Positions 41,579-54,304 of a stretch of DNA of 64,000 nucleotides are shown one piece after another (positions within the stretch are counted from its first letter, which is position 1; every line of letters starts with the position of its first letter). Source of the DNA: Octopus vulgaris. Taxonomy: Eukaryota. Location: the NCBI GenBank assembly GCA_951406725.2, contig OX597814.1:205220001-205284000 (forward strand). The letters run 5' to 3'. A model generated the notes under the pieces. It saw only the letters and a list, made by a program, of their open reading frames with translations, ran no database searches and was not told the DNA's origin. The position numbers were made by a program, and so were the translations under genes.

Positions 41579-41800
41579 CCCTTTCATTACCGTATTTATT
41601 TTGAGATCTTCTCTACTTCCTTCAATTAATTTTAAATATAACAAAGAATTTAGTAAAATTACTTCATTATCATTCAGCTAGTGTTAGGAACATAAATTGT
41701 GACTAAGGTTTGGTGGAAGATTTTAATTCAAAATTTATGAAACCAAGACGTTTGTACTACAGAGCCAGAGCCGGTTTCAGCTGGGTTGGTATTGAAAGGG
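41579..41800 (+). mobile_element. piggyBac-type MITE, family 1
   Basis: TTAA TSD, same TIRs and body as 10025-10244; a further 5' fragment lies at ~1694-1748. Confidence 0.85.
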
Positions 41801-43502
41801 TTAATAAAAAAAAATCTAAGACCCTTGTGCCCTGTCAAACTTGAACACTTTTGTCTGAAATTCAAAGGTTTATTTTTATAATTGTAAAAATGTGTAAACA
41901 GAGTGACAGAGGGACTATAGTTGTTATTCTTTTACCCCAGAACTATGATTGAAGGGATACTAGTCATAAACATTCCATTTTTTTAGGGAATGGTTATATT
42001 TAGGACCACATTACCTAATATGTCCATTCTTTTTTAAGGCACTAGAGTGTTGTTTAAGGGTTGTTTGGTTGGCATTTCTAGCAAACTGTGTGACTGCATA
42101 GTCTATCCCTAGTTGGTTTGATAGCAAAGATGCTTGTGGGCTGGACCCTTACTGGGGGAAGTATTGAACTTACTTCTTACAATGGGTCATCTCCATAACA
42201 AATACCATACCTAACAGGTTAAGAAATGTTTACGTAAAGCTATGAATAAAAAAATAAGCAAAAATCAAAAAGATAAATAAAACCAAATAAAACAAAAAAT
42301 AATGAACCAACAAATGACCCCTGCATTAAGCTAGAAATAGAAGTCAAATCTTCCTTAAATCCCACCTAACCATCTTAGGGAAAAGAAGGATATGCTGGAT
42401 AATGTAATACTAGGTGCATTGTGATGAAGAAAAATAATGAGAAGGTCATGGATGGAATATCTTTCATTATAAGTCTGCTCTATCAAGGCTAACCCAGGGT
42501 GGAAGAAGAAGAAGAAGAAAAAGAAGAAGAAGAAGAAGAACAACAACAACAACAACTATAACAAATAAACAAAGAGTTGGATTTTCTCGAAATGTAACTG
42601 GAATGATAGGAACTTGTGCCTGTGTCTCTGTCCTGTGGACAATAACAAAGAGACAAAACCACAAGGAGGTAGATTGATACACACAGATTATCAAACACAT
42701 ACTCTTCTATGTGTTTCAGTCATTTGAATGTGGTCATGCTGGAGCACCGCTTTTACTCGAATATACTGACCCCAAGACTTATTCTTTGTAAGCCTAGTAC
42801 TTATTCTATCAGTCTCTTTTGCTGAACAGCTAAGTTATGGGGACATAAACACACCAACATCAGTTGTCAAGCGATGGTGGGGGACAAACACAAACACACA
42901 AATACATACATCCATACATATACGACAGGCTTCTTTCAGTTTCTATCTACCAAATCTACTCACAAGGCTTTGGTCAGCTCGAGGTGCCATGCAGTAGGAT
43001 TGAACCTGGAACCATGTGGTTGGGAAGCAAGTGACTTACCACACAGCCTCTATGCTGTTCACTTAAATAGTAACGATTCTTAATATAGGTAAGAGTTCAA
43101 TCTTCAGTTAAATTATCTCAATTTATGCGGTTTGGTAAAGCTAAGAACATTACAATTGCCCCATTTTTCCTATGCAAATATACACCCTAAGGCTGATGGT
43201 GTCAATGTAAGAAATCAACCGGTACCCAGCTGTTAGCTAAGCAATTGCCATGGAGACCTCTCTACATCTCTATACACAACGGAGTAATACATTCAAGAGG
43301 CAAAAATGAATAAATAAGTAAATAAAATATAACCTGAACTATTAATATACTTGGAACTGAGGAAAGTCGCCAACAACAAGGAGAAAATTTGGAAACAATA
43401 CCGACTATCATAGTATGTATAACTTCAACGATAACAACAGCTACAACTATATTAATAATAATAATAATAACAACAACAGTAAATACAAATTTTGAAACTT
43501 AC

Positions 43503-43534
43503 GCAACACGATCAGTCAGAGAAACTTCGGACAT
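43503..43534 (-). CDS. Coding part of a candidate alternative first exon, MSEVSLTDRV(A), phase 2; product unidentified
   Basis: Minus strand TAA ACG ATG TCC GAA GTT TCT CTG ACT GAT CGT GTT GC|gtaagt: consensus donor, A at -3, in-frame upstream stop, TATA box ~150 nt upstream, same exit phase as the 55137 exon. Confidence 0.6.
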
Positions 43535-43649
43535 CGTTTATAGCCCAGGTTTGGCTGATGGCTGCCACTGGTAAAACGTTAAGCTGGAGAGCTAGGAATG
43601 TGTCGGCTTAGTATGAAGAAGGGAAGAACAAGAAAGAGGTGGTATATTC

Positions 43650-43682
43650 TATCTGGAGAAAGATCACGCCTTCGCTTTTATA
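43650..43682 (-). promoter_or_regulatory. TATA box (TATAAAAG, 43682-43675) and probable initiator near 43654
   Basis: Canonical TATAAAAG ~28 nt before tcCAgat, followed by a pyrimidine-rich 5'-UTR, ATG and donor. The ctttctccag at this position could alternatively be a splice acceptor. Confidence 0.5.
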
Positions 43683-44106
43683 AGGTAGTAAGTAATACTG
43701 AACAGGTGTGAGAGAAGTTAGGTAGTTGCAGAATCTTCTTTTTGCGTCATTCAATCAATCTCTGTGTAAACTAAATAAACAATAACAGATAGGGAGCAGG
43801 AATGGCTGTGCAGTTTAAAAGTTTAGTTGGCAGCTAAATGATTTTGGGTTCTATCCTGTGGCAAGGTGACACCGTGGGCACGTGTCTGTTACTATGGACT
43901 TGAGGTGACCAAAGCTTTGTGAGGTAGAAATAATTTCGGTAGACAGGAACTGTGAGGAATTTCGTCAGAGTCTGTTTTGTTGCAAGAATTTGGGTTGGCT
44001 GTCTGAGTATTTAATAACTTTCCAGTTTTCTCACATAAAATGTTAGTGTTTCTGAAGAGGGCTTTGTGCACCCTGCTTCCACTTTTGAATTAGCCATTAA
44101 CAAGAA

Positions 44107-44152
<46 letters not shown>

Positions 44153-44238
44153 AGAGGATTCTACTCCCACAAGCCTCCCAGGAATCATGGGTAGAGGAAA
44201 TAGATGGATGGACACACAAACACACTTATATCTATCTG

Positions 44239-44283
<45 letters not shown>

Positions 44284-44288
44284 ATATA

Positions 44289-44487
44289 GATGATGATGAC
44301 ATATACATTCATGTACACTTGATATATAAATACACACACATGTATATATAAATGTATGTGTGTGTGTGTGTATATACATATATATATATATATATACACA
44401 CATAATAGATACTATATAGATATATATATATAATTATAATTATGTTTTTGCAAAGAACTGTATATACATATACATACATACATACAC

Positions 44488-44520
<33 letters not shown>

Positions 44521-44626
44521 TGTATGTATGTATGTATGTATGTATGTATGTACATATATATATATATGCACAGTTCTTTGCAAAAACATAATTATAAATA
44601 TATATATGTATCTACATAGTATCTAT

Positions 44627-44674
<48 letters not shown>

Positions 44675-44729
44675 CATACACATACATACATTTATATATA
44701 CGTACATGAATGTATATGTCATCATCATC
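44289..44729. repeat. Spacer-less palindrome with ~200-235-bp arms including microsatellites
   Basis: gatgatgacatatacattcatgtac…tatgtttttgcaaagaactg(taca)n mirrored by (tgta)n…cagttctttgcaaaaacata…gtacatgaatgtatatgtcatcatc. Confidence 0.9.
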
Positions 44730-45010
44730 GAACTTAATTATAGCCATGAAACGTACATAGTTTTTTTTACTTATTATATTATTGATTATTCATTTTTATA
44801 CTTTTTGTGATCTAGTTATGTTTTATAAAAATATATTTGTTATTTATGTTTTGGTTTATGTCTATCATTGTTTGAATTGCATAATAGTGGTTTTATCTCT
44901 AATTTATATTTTATATATTTATATTGTAAAATTTGATTTAATACTAAATTGAATTTTCCCTTGTAAGTTTGGAGTTATATTTCCTAATATTATTATCATT
45001 GTATGTATGC

Positions 45011-45048
<38 letters not shown>

Positions 45049-45068
45049 TGATATTTTAGATTGGAAGT

Positions 45069-45111
45069 CCACCTGAAGATTGTCGATCAAGACAGGAAAC
45101 AATTGTAGTGG
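45069..45111 (+). ncRNA. Minimal type I hammerhead ribozyme motif (Penelope-like-element type)
   Basis: CCAC-CTGAAGA-TTGTC(gatcaa)GACAG-GAAA-C(aatt)GTA-GTGG. Core is complete, stems I-III pair, and stem-loop III is the palindrome ACAATTGT. Predicted cleavage after 45107. Confidence 0.8.
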
Positions 45112-45198
45112 CGGTTTTTTTGACTATTTATTAAAATTTTATGTATTGATTAAGTCTTTCCTTGTTTGTTTTGCAAAATAGTGGTTTTGTCTCTAATA

Positions 45199-45229
<31 letters not shown>

Positions 45230-45249
45230 GTATTTGTGTGTATATATAT

Positions 45250-46052
45250 ATTCTCTTCCTTCAGGGGAACCGCTCACAGCCTCTAACAATATCAGAGACC
45301 TGGGTGTAATTGTTGATGACGATCTCAGTTGGAGTGCACACATCAACAATAAGGTCAATATAGCTCGTAGGATGAGTTCCTGGATCTTAAGAACTTTCCG
45401 GCCCAGAGAACAAGGTGTCATCATACCACTTTTCTCCTCCTTTGTACGGCCACACCTCGAATACTGCTACCCACTGTGGTCTCCCCATACAAGACAAAAC
45501 ATCTCGAGGATTGAATCACCCCAGAGGGCACTCACCAAACGAATTGAAGGCATGGCTGCTCTCGATTATTGGGATCGCTTTAAAGCCTTGAAACTCTACT
45601 CTCTCCAGCGTCGCTGTGAGCGGCACATCATTTGTACGATGTGGAGAATATACCGCCAACTTTGCCCAAACGACCTGAACATTAGCTTCAAGGTTCATCC
45701 AAGACTGGGACCACAGGCCATATGTCCCCTGCCCAATTCAAGATCACAGCATACATGTACACTGCAACATAATTTCTTTTCCTCAACAGGCCCTGCCCTA
45801 TTTAACATTGTCCCAAAGAGAAATCAAAGAGGAAAAGGATCCCATCAACTTTAAACGGAGTCTGGATAGATTCCTTCAAGGAATACCAGATAAGCCACCC
45901 ATAATTGGATACAACTCACCCAACAAAAACTCACTACTTGAATGGACCATAAACAAAACTTGAATTAAACGGGATTTAGATAATCCTATCAGGTGGTGCT
46001 ATTAAGTTAGACATGGCCTGGACCAATCTTTGGTCGAAACATATCTAAGTTT
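45250..46052 (+). mobile_element. 5'-truncated CR1-group LINE (RT C-terminus and 3' UTR)
   Basis: IRDLGVIVDDDLSWSAHIN, VRPHLEYCYPLWSP, LKLYSLQRR; 3' tail with hairpin gaccaa-tctt-tggtc; flanked by (TA)n. Confidence 0.9.
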
Positions 46053-46105
46053 TATATGTATGTACATATATGTATGTATATATATATATATGTGTGTGTG
46101 TGTGC

Positions 46106-46164
<59 letters not shown>

Positions 46165-46429
46165 GTATTATATATATATTAATCAAACATACAGTATTAT
46201 TGATCTTTTTCAGCTGATGTTAGCAATCAGTTTCACACTAGCTATTATATACCTTCATATTGGATAACAGTGCAGCTATCCAAAAAGTATGTGTTCTTCA
46301 TCTCTGAGGAGTAAGGGGTACTGGATTGTTACTCCATTATCTAAAACCCAGTATAAAACAGATTGGTAATTTCGGCAGTAACAGATTTAAAATGCTGTAT
46401 ACTTTGTGCATGCTAATTTTTTGATTCAT

Positions 46430-47265
46430 CAATTCTTAGTTCAGATTAGGAGTGGGGTTATGCACCGTTGCAGTGCATTGTTGCATTTACCATTTGTCGG
46501 TATATTCCTGAGTCCCAGTCAGTTCCTGTCTCCTCAAGATACCTCCTCATCTGCTGTGACCATGTGGGGAACTGACATATACTGTCAACCCACCTGGATT
46601 CTTAGTGTAGGGAACACTGAGTAGGGTCTAGCTTGGAAAATTGTGCAACATGGCCAAACAGTCCTGAATCATGCAAGTAACAGGATGCATCTCAGTTTCT
46701 AAGTGAGATTCATAGTGGCATTAGCTGTGCATCTGAAGTCCTAAAAAGGCTTGGACAAGCTGGTGCAGTTATGGACTCATTGGAGGGAAAAGTTTGACAA
46801 ATCAGTCAGTCACTGGCTGACACTCGCTGACGGTACATCAAAGAGGCCAGGGAACAGAAGAAAGAAGAAGAAGGAAGACATGCACCCAAAACCAGAGTTG
46901 AAGACACCTCTGAAAGGCGACGGCCCCGCCACGTCAAAACGGTAGAGGAGTAGGGGCCGAAACCGGACGTGGTTCCTCCTGATGATGTCTTGAGCTAACT
47001 GGATCTTATAAAGGAGCTGTTGTGGTAGCAGACCATGAAACATGGTTGAAATTCCTCAGAAGGACATTTGGTGCTGTCAGTATCTGAGTAGGAGGACAAA
47101 TGTTTGGACCTTTAGGTCATTGGTCCTGCCTATTCTGCTCTATAGTTGTGAGATTAGGACACTGTCCAGGACTCTTAGGAACCTTCTGAATTCCTTTGAT
47201 ACCAGAATGTTTCAGAATTGTGGGTTACCATTGGTTGAATTTTGTACCCAACCAGCAACTTTATT
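46430..47265. mobile_element. Decayed RTE LINE with an inverted 5' segment
   Basis: Plus-strand 46710-47265 encodes EVLKRLGQA…FRSLVLPILLYSCE…NQQL. Minus-strand 46710-46430 encodes the downstream ETEMHPVTC…LFGHV portion. Confidence 0.7.
46784..47058. mobile_element. Left-truncated second copy of the 33421-33786 element, inserted into an RTE fragment
   Basis: Shared body (tttgacaa…ggggccgaaaccggac…gtagcagacc) and shared right end gttg.aattcctc; interrupts the RTE frame GAVMDSL/KDIWCCQY. Confidence 0.8.
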
Positions 47266-48297
47266 CAGAATTCAGTGGTTAGGGAGTCGAGCTTCCACAT
47301 AGTCCTGTATGGTGTTCCATCTCTTTTTAAATACCATATGTAGTTGGCCAAAGACGTAACGTTGTGCCTTTCTAGGATCCTAAAACAGGGTCTGTTGTTA
47401 TTTAGTTGCTGCTTAAAGGGACCCTTAATTGTTCCATCATATTTCTGTGTATATGTCCTTAGGTTATTGGTGCTTCTGTTGTTGTTGTTGTTATTGCTTC
47501 TATCACTGCCTTTGTTGCTGTAACTGTTGGACATATTGCTGGTGCTGCTGCTGTTATCATTGTTGCTGCTGCTATCACAGCCATTGCTGCTGTTACTGCC
47601 AGACTTGTTGCTGATGCAGTTGTTGTTGCTGTTGCTGCTGATGTTGATGTTGATGTTGAGCAAAGCAGTCTTTATCCTCTTGGGAGAAGTCCGAAACGTG
47701 GTCCTTTGCTATTCGTAAGACCCGCAGAAGAGAAAGCAGGTCACCCCCCCCCCACACCCGGTCTGAGAATCGAAACTGCGATCCTCCTACTGCGAGTCCG
47801 CTGCCCTAACCACTGGGCCATTGCACCTCCTGCTGTTGCTGCTGCTATCACAGCCATTGCTGCTGTTACTGCCTGACTTGTTGCTGATGCTCTTGTTGTT
47901 GTTGTTATTGTTGCTGCTGTAACTGGCAGACACCACCTCTGCTTCATAGACCACAACCTAAGAGTGGCATCAAGCACCCACTGGGCATTCACTGTTAACC
48001 CTAGATGAACATCCTGCCTCTGTGTGAGGTTTAGGGGTGTTCACTAAAATCTTTTTAACACTGGGTGCATAGCTGAATGAGATCCTTAATTTGTGTCTAT
48101 TAGATAATTTGTGTTCTATAGTTACCCTGCTGGCTGTGCACATATACGCAGCCATGGAAGTCATAAAAGATACTCTCTTTACAGATGTGAAATTATTCGA
48201 TCTTGGTTAGAACAATGATAAGAATATATGTGTGTGTGCGTGCGTGTGTGTGTGTGTGTGTGTGTGTATTTATATACACGTTTATGAATTTAGAAAT

Positions 48298-48431
48298 ATA
48301 GGCATGACTGTGTGGTAAGACTCTTTTCTTTCTAAACACATGGTTCCGAGTTCAGTCTTCCACTATAGCCTCGGGCCAGCCAAAGCCTTGTGAGTGGATT
48401 TGGTAGACAGAAACTGAAAGAAGCCCGTCAT

Positions 48432-48504
<73 letters not shown>

Positions 48505-48685
48505 CATACATATATATATATGTTTGTGTTTGTCCCCCTGTCATCACTTGATAACTTAGTAGTTCAGCAAAAGATAGAATAAGTACAAAGAATAAGTACT
48601 GGTGTCAATTTATTTGACTAAAGGCAGTGCTCCAGCATGGCCACAGTCAAATGACTGAAACAAATAAAAGAATAAAAGAATAAAA
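48298..48685 (+). mobile_element. SINE with internal (TA)n and a CR1-like 3' tail (representative)
   Basis: Head ggcatgactgtgtggtaaga…gagttcagtc; tail ggcagtgctccagcatggccacagtc…actgaaacaaataaaagaataaaaga. Related copies at ~28780-29380, 35300-36460 and 42705-43050. Confidence 0.8.
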
Positions 48686-50039
48686 AATACACACACACAC
48701 AAGTAGGTATAGTATGACTGAATGGTTTAGTTCACTTTGCAATAATGAGGTCCTGGTTTCAATTCTGCTGCATGGCATCTTGGAAGAAGTGTCATTTTAT
48801 ACAAACTTGGGTTGCCCCAAACCTTTGAAGTGAAACTGAGTAAACGGAAACTGTACTGAAGCTATGTGGTGTCTTGGGCAAGTGGTTCCACTGTAGCCTT
48901 GGGCTAACCAAAGCCTTGTGAGGAGGATTTGGTAGATAGAAACTGAAAGAAGCCTGTCATATGTGTATAGTGTGTGTGTGTGTGGGGGGTGAGTGTGTGT
49001 GTGTGTGCGTGTGTGTGTTTGTGTATGACAGGAGATGGTATGACCAGTGGCGGCACCTGACTCTATTGCCTGGCAAGATTTCTGCAGCTGGTTGCCCTAC
49101 AGCTTGATGTCAACCACTTTACAGAGTGTACTGGGTGCTTTTTTTGTAGCCCATGCCACTGTTTTTATATGGCACCAGCACCAGATACTTTTTCATGGCA
49201 CCAGCACAAGTGCTTTTTATGTAGCACCAGTACCAGTGCCTTTTACATGGCACTAGCATCTCTCATTGACATGTTTGAATGGTTCATTATCGTGTACATG
49301 CCAAGACAACTCTCATTGTGAAGTTCCACAGGGATACCTCTTAATGTTCTCAAAATGACCCTGTAGAGACATGATAATTCTAATTTTGGTACAAAGCCAG
49401 TAATTTTGAGAGAAGTGGATTAGTTGATGTCATCAACCCCAATACTTAAGCAGTATTTTTTTTCACTGACCCCCAAAAGATGAAAGGTAACATTGACTTC
49501 TGCAGCATTTGAATTCAGAACAAAATTCAAATAAAAATAGATTCAAGAATATTTATAAGTTACAATTGCCACAAATTTTTGAAATTGTCATACTAATTTC
49601 TTGTGTTCAGAAATTGACAAACAAGAAGTAAAAAGAACAGGAACGTTTAAAACAAAAGACAGAAAAAAGCTGAATGTCAGAATTATTATTTTCAAAATAT
49701 AAAGAATTCAATGTATTGAACACTCCAGATGTCATAATGGGCTTTTTAAATGAGTGCCACTAATTTTTTTATTTCTAGTAACAAAGATTTTAAGTTATTA
49801 TTTTGTATATCCTTAGTTTATAGAATCTATTTCATTGAGATATTTACTAATGAGTTTCTTTCTCTATTCTTCAACAACTTAGTTTTTACATATCAATATT
49901 TAGTTCAAAACAATAAAGGAAAACAGAGAAATGGTGGTAGTTGAGGCAATCCAGTGAAGCTACACAAAGAGGATTGTCTCAATGCAACAGGTGAGCCACT
50001 GGGAAAGGCTGTAAAAGTTAAGACTCTACTCATTAGAAT

Positions 50040-50453
50040 GAAGGCAAGAAAGATATGCTGTGATATACAAATGGAACTTCTTGGAAGGACTTGTTCCAGC
50101 CATTGCATAGTGCCAAAAATCCCAACATCACCATCAAGATACAGGACCAGACACTTCGACAACTTGGAGTTCAAAAGTCCACAGCTCTTTGGTATCTTCT
50201 CAAAAAACCTGAGAAACCTATATGGGGTGGATGTAGGTGTCTTCAACACAAAACTTGATCTCTTCCTGTCAAGAGTTCTGGACAAACCGACCTCATGGCA
50301 AGAAACACAGATGAGGGCAGGAACATCTAATTCCCTCTTTCACCAAATTCCACATATCAGAAGTGGTTTCAAACGGTGAGAGTGTAGCAAAGCTAATGGC
50401 GGTGTTCTAGCATGACTACAAGTCTAAATCTGAAACTAGTAAAAGATAAAAGA
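50040..50453 (+). mobile_element. 3' fragment of a CR1-group LINE
   Basis: GRTC…PKIP…PQLF…LRNL…FNTKLDLFLSRVLDKP…NSL C-terminal pattern followed by a tail ending aaagataaaaga. Confidence 0.7.
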
Positions 50454-50512
50454 TAACGATAAATGAAATCATCATGCTGGTGTATGTATGTATGTATGTA
50501 TGTATGTATGTA

Positions 50513-50589
<77 letters not shown>

Positions 50590-50876
50590 TTAGTATAATT
50601 TCAAGATTTCTTGCCAATACAGAAAGAGCTGGTTTCTAACCAAGATCCAAGGCTCCTTCATTGGAATTTCAACAACATCAACAGGGCATCTTGTAGTGGT
50701 TGGCATTAGGAAGGGCATCCAGCTGTAGAAACACTGCCAGATCAGACTGGAGCCTGGTGCAGCCTCCAGGCCTTCCAGACCCCTGTCAAACCGTTGAACC
50801 CATGATAGCATGGAAAACGGACGTTAAATGATGATAATGATATATATACACACATATATATTCATATACACATACA

Positions 50877-50932
<56 letters not shown>

Positions 50933-51120
50933 TGAATGTATATAAATGTATCTATGTATATTTTTGTGTGCATGTGTGTATGTATGTGTGTGTATGTATG
51001 TATGCACGTATGTATGTATGCATGTACATACGTATGTGTGTGTGTATGTATGTATATATGTATCAATCTGTATATCTATCTATCTATCTATCTCTATTTC
51101 TCTCTATATATATACCTTTG

Positions 51121-51162
<42 letters not shown>

Positions 51163-51234
51163 TACATACATTTATAAATGTACATACCTGTACATTTATA
51201 ATTCAATAAATAAATTACTTTGCTTTTACTTTTA

Positions 51235-51319
<85 letters not shown>

Positions 51320-51707
51320 GTCATCCTTAATTCTAGTCAAGAGAAGCAAATTCTAGATGATAGAAGAAAGGCTATAAAGTATACCAAGATAGGCTGAGCT
51401 ACTTTATATTTTTAGATTTCTTCTCTATAGCAAGTTGATGTTTTCTTTTTTTCTTTTCTTTCACTGTCTTCTGCTTCCTCACAAGTTGTTAAGATAGGAA
51501 GATGTTGCCTAGTGAGAAGGTACTAGAAGCTGGGAGAAAAGTTGTTTTAGTAGAATATCAAATTTTCCTCAGTTCTTCTCCTCCTCCTCATTGGTTCCCT
51601 CCTCTGCCCACTTCCATGCACAGCTGCATACCACAAATATCTAACTGTTCTATGCACGTATGCCTCTAACTTCTGGTAAATATGGCTATCAGCTATCTGC
51701 TCCTTAA

Positions 51708-52003
51708 TTACGTCAGATATGTCTCATACTTTCAACAGACTTTACACACACACACACACACACATTACCTATTGACGTCACTTCCGTTTTTTCTCAATTT
51801 TCACTGACTTCACTTTCGCCAACTGCATGTTGAGAAACTCTAGAATGATGGTGGCTAGATAGATTATTGTCTAAAACCATTTAATTAAATAGCCAGATTG
51901 ATAGACAGATAGTGGGTAAAACTTTAGTTACAGTAAACAATGATTTTTGAAAGCTAATCTTGAAGCTTCCACTGTGAATAAACTATATTTTAGTGTGACG
52001 TCA
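51708..52003. promoter_or_regulatory. Cluster of CRE/ATF sites including an ETS-CRE composite
   Basis: TTACGTCA 51708-51715; TGACGTCACTTCCG 51773-51786; TGACGTCA 51996-52003; all in unique sequence. Confidence 0.45.
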
Positions 52004-52280
52004 TTACTTCTATAAATAGTACACTTGATTAAATGGCAAAGAACGAAGGTAAAGGCTTTGAAAGCTGGTAAAACCAAAAGGTGTTTCATTAATAAACAAG
52101 ATTAGTCAGGAAAAGCATTTACGCCTACAAAACTATCTTTGCCAATATTCCATTGTGGATAGTAACATGTAAGATCATTTGAAGGGTATTTATTTCAAAA
52201 GTTTTCAGCAAAAAGTCAAGCTATAGCTATGGATGTGTATGTGTGTATAGCTTATATGTAGCATCATCTTGACTAATAAC

Positions 52281-52315
<35 letters not shown>

Positions 52316-52318
<3 letters not shown>

Positions 52319-53161
52319 GGTGCGGTGAATAAACTGTTGTCTAAATTAACGCAAAAATGAAAATAACACTGACATCTCATTTTAACTGATATATTAACCA
52401 AAATTACATAAATATATCTTGAAATACTAAAGAGTAAATTTCTTCAATAAAATCACAATTGGCTTCAACCACGGCCTCCAGATGACTTCAGAACCTCCTG
52501 CAGCTCTCCTGGGTGGTCTCCTTGTTTAAGTTGGTGAGTGCTGCCATAATCCTTGCCTTCAGTCATCTTTGGTGTTACGAGGAGTTTTGTTGGTCTCTCG
52601 CTCAACTGTGCCCCACACATAATAATCAATATGGTTGCAGTCTGAGGAGTTAGATGGTAAGATGTAGCCACAGAAATGACTGGGTTCTTCTGCTTGTGTG
52701 GCATAGTGCAGAGTTCTGTTGCCAGACAGGGGTCTTCCAGCAGCCACCCTCTCGACCCAGGGTAGCACTATCTCCTCCAGGCACTTGACGTGGGACCCCA
52801 TGTTGAGTTTGAGGCCATATGGGAAGATGAATGGAGGCATAACGTCGCCATCATTAGTTATCACTCCAAACACCATGATGTTGACTGGATGTTTGATTTT
52901 CATCACTCTCATGTCCTCAGATTGCACTGTCCTCAGATTGACACCCAAACACTCTGAAATGTTCATATTGGAGCTTCCTACATGAATGCCAAGCAATGCA
53001 ACATGTCGTTTCCTGATTTCTGGTAGACTGTTTTTCTCACAGACAGAGCCCAACTGACCCTACCATACTGTGTAGTTCACAAAATCAAAATCAAAAACAA
53101 ACAATGCACATGTGTGAAATTAAAAATATAAAATGGCGACAATTTACCCAATTTTACCCTG
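52316..53161 (-). mobile_element. Decayed, internally deleted Tc1/mariner-superfamily transposon (maT/DD37D-like)
   Basis: Degenerate TIRs flanked by TA; KHPVNIMVFGVI…MPPFIF, WQQ-S and P-NS-DCN-IDYYVWG motifs with frameshifts. Confidence 0.8.
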
Positions 53162-53667
53162 TAACAGAGACTACGAAACTGTAGCCAGTAAGGAGGGACA
53201 CAGCAGACATGCTGACTGCATCTGCCTGCCATAATTTATCGAACAACTGCAAAACATGATGAAAGATCTAAGCAAGGGAATATAGCATTGGTGAGAGAGA
53301 TGAGTGTTGAAGTTACTACTATAAAGCTGGTCCTGAATGAGGATTTTTGCCACCACTTGTACAAGAGGTCATCCTCATCATCATCAACATCATCATCATC
53401 ATCATTGTCATCGTTTAACGTCCGTTTTCCATGCTAGCATGGGTTGGATGGTTCGACCAGGCATCAGTCTGATCTGGCAGTGTTTCTACAGCTGGATGCC
53501 CTTCCTTACACCAACCACTCTGTGAGTGTAGTGGGTGCTTTTTACATGCCACCAGCACAGGGGCCAGAGGAGGCTGGCAAATGGCCACGATCGGATGGTG
53601 CTTTTACATGTCACCAACATGGATGCCAGTCAGGTGACGCTGGCATTTAATGTGTCAGCCAAGGAGA

Positions 53668-53900
53668 GATGCTTAGTGAATGTAAAGAAGTTCCGGAATA
53701 ATCTGAGGCATATTGTTGAGTCAGGGACGAATTGGTTCTTCTCAGATGAAAAGAACTTGTCAGGACCATTTGTGCAATGCTCAGAACAATAGGCTTACTT
53801 ACAATCCATATGATGCCCCACGTATCATGGGAAGCGAGTTCCCCCAAACTGTGATGGTCTTTGGGTGATGGTCTTCCAGTGAGAGTGATGCATCATTTTG
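53668..53900 (+). mobile_element. Small fragment of a related Tc1/mariner transposase
   Basis: WFFSDEKN (first catalytic Asp) and FPQTVMVFG. Confidence 0.65.
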
Positions 53901-54304
53901 CCACTCAGTATAGAAGGAAGTGAAACAACAATAGAGAATGAATGAGTGGAAGGATGCTCAGTTTATCTGTCACACTAACATCACAGTCTGAATATAGGAG
54001 AGTGTCAATGACAATAGAAAGTGAGTGACAGCAGGGGAAGTAAAATGATAATGAGTGGTAAGATGATGTGTCAGTCACCCTGTCCAGAGTAAGAAACAGG
54101 GAAAGAGAGAGTTAGAGAGATGGAATTTAAATGATAGCATGTTGATGTAGAGGTATAACAAGTTGGAGTGACTATCACCAGTGATAGACAATGCAATTAA
54201 GGAATAATTAATGATTCAAAACTGGATGGCACGAATTATTCATTTTATATATATATACATAGATCCAGCAAGACAAACACAAAGATACATACATACATAC
54301 ATAC

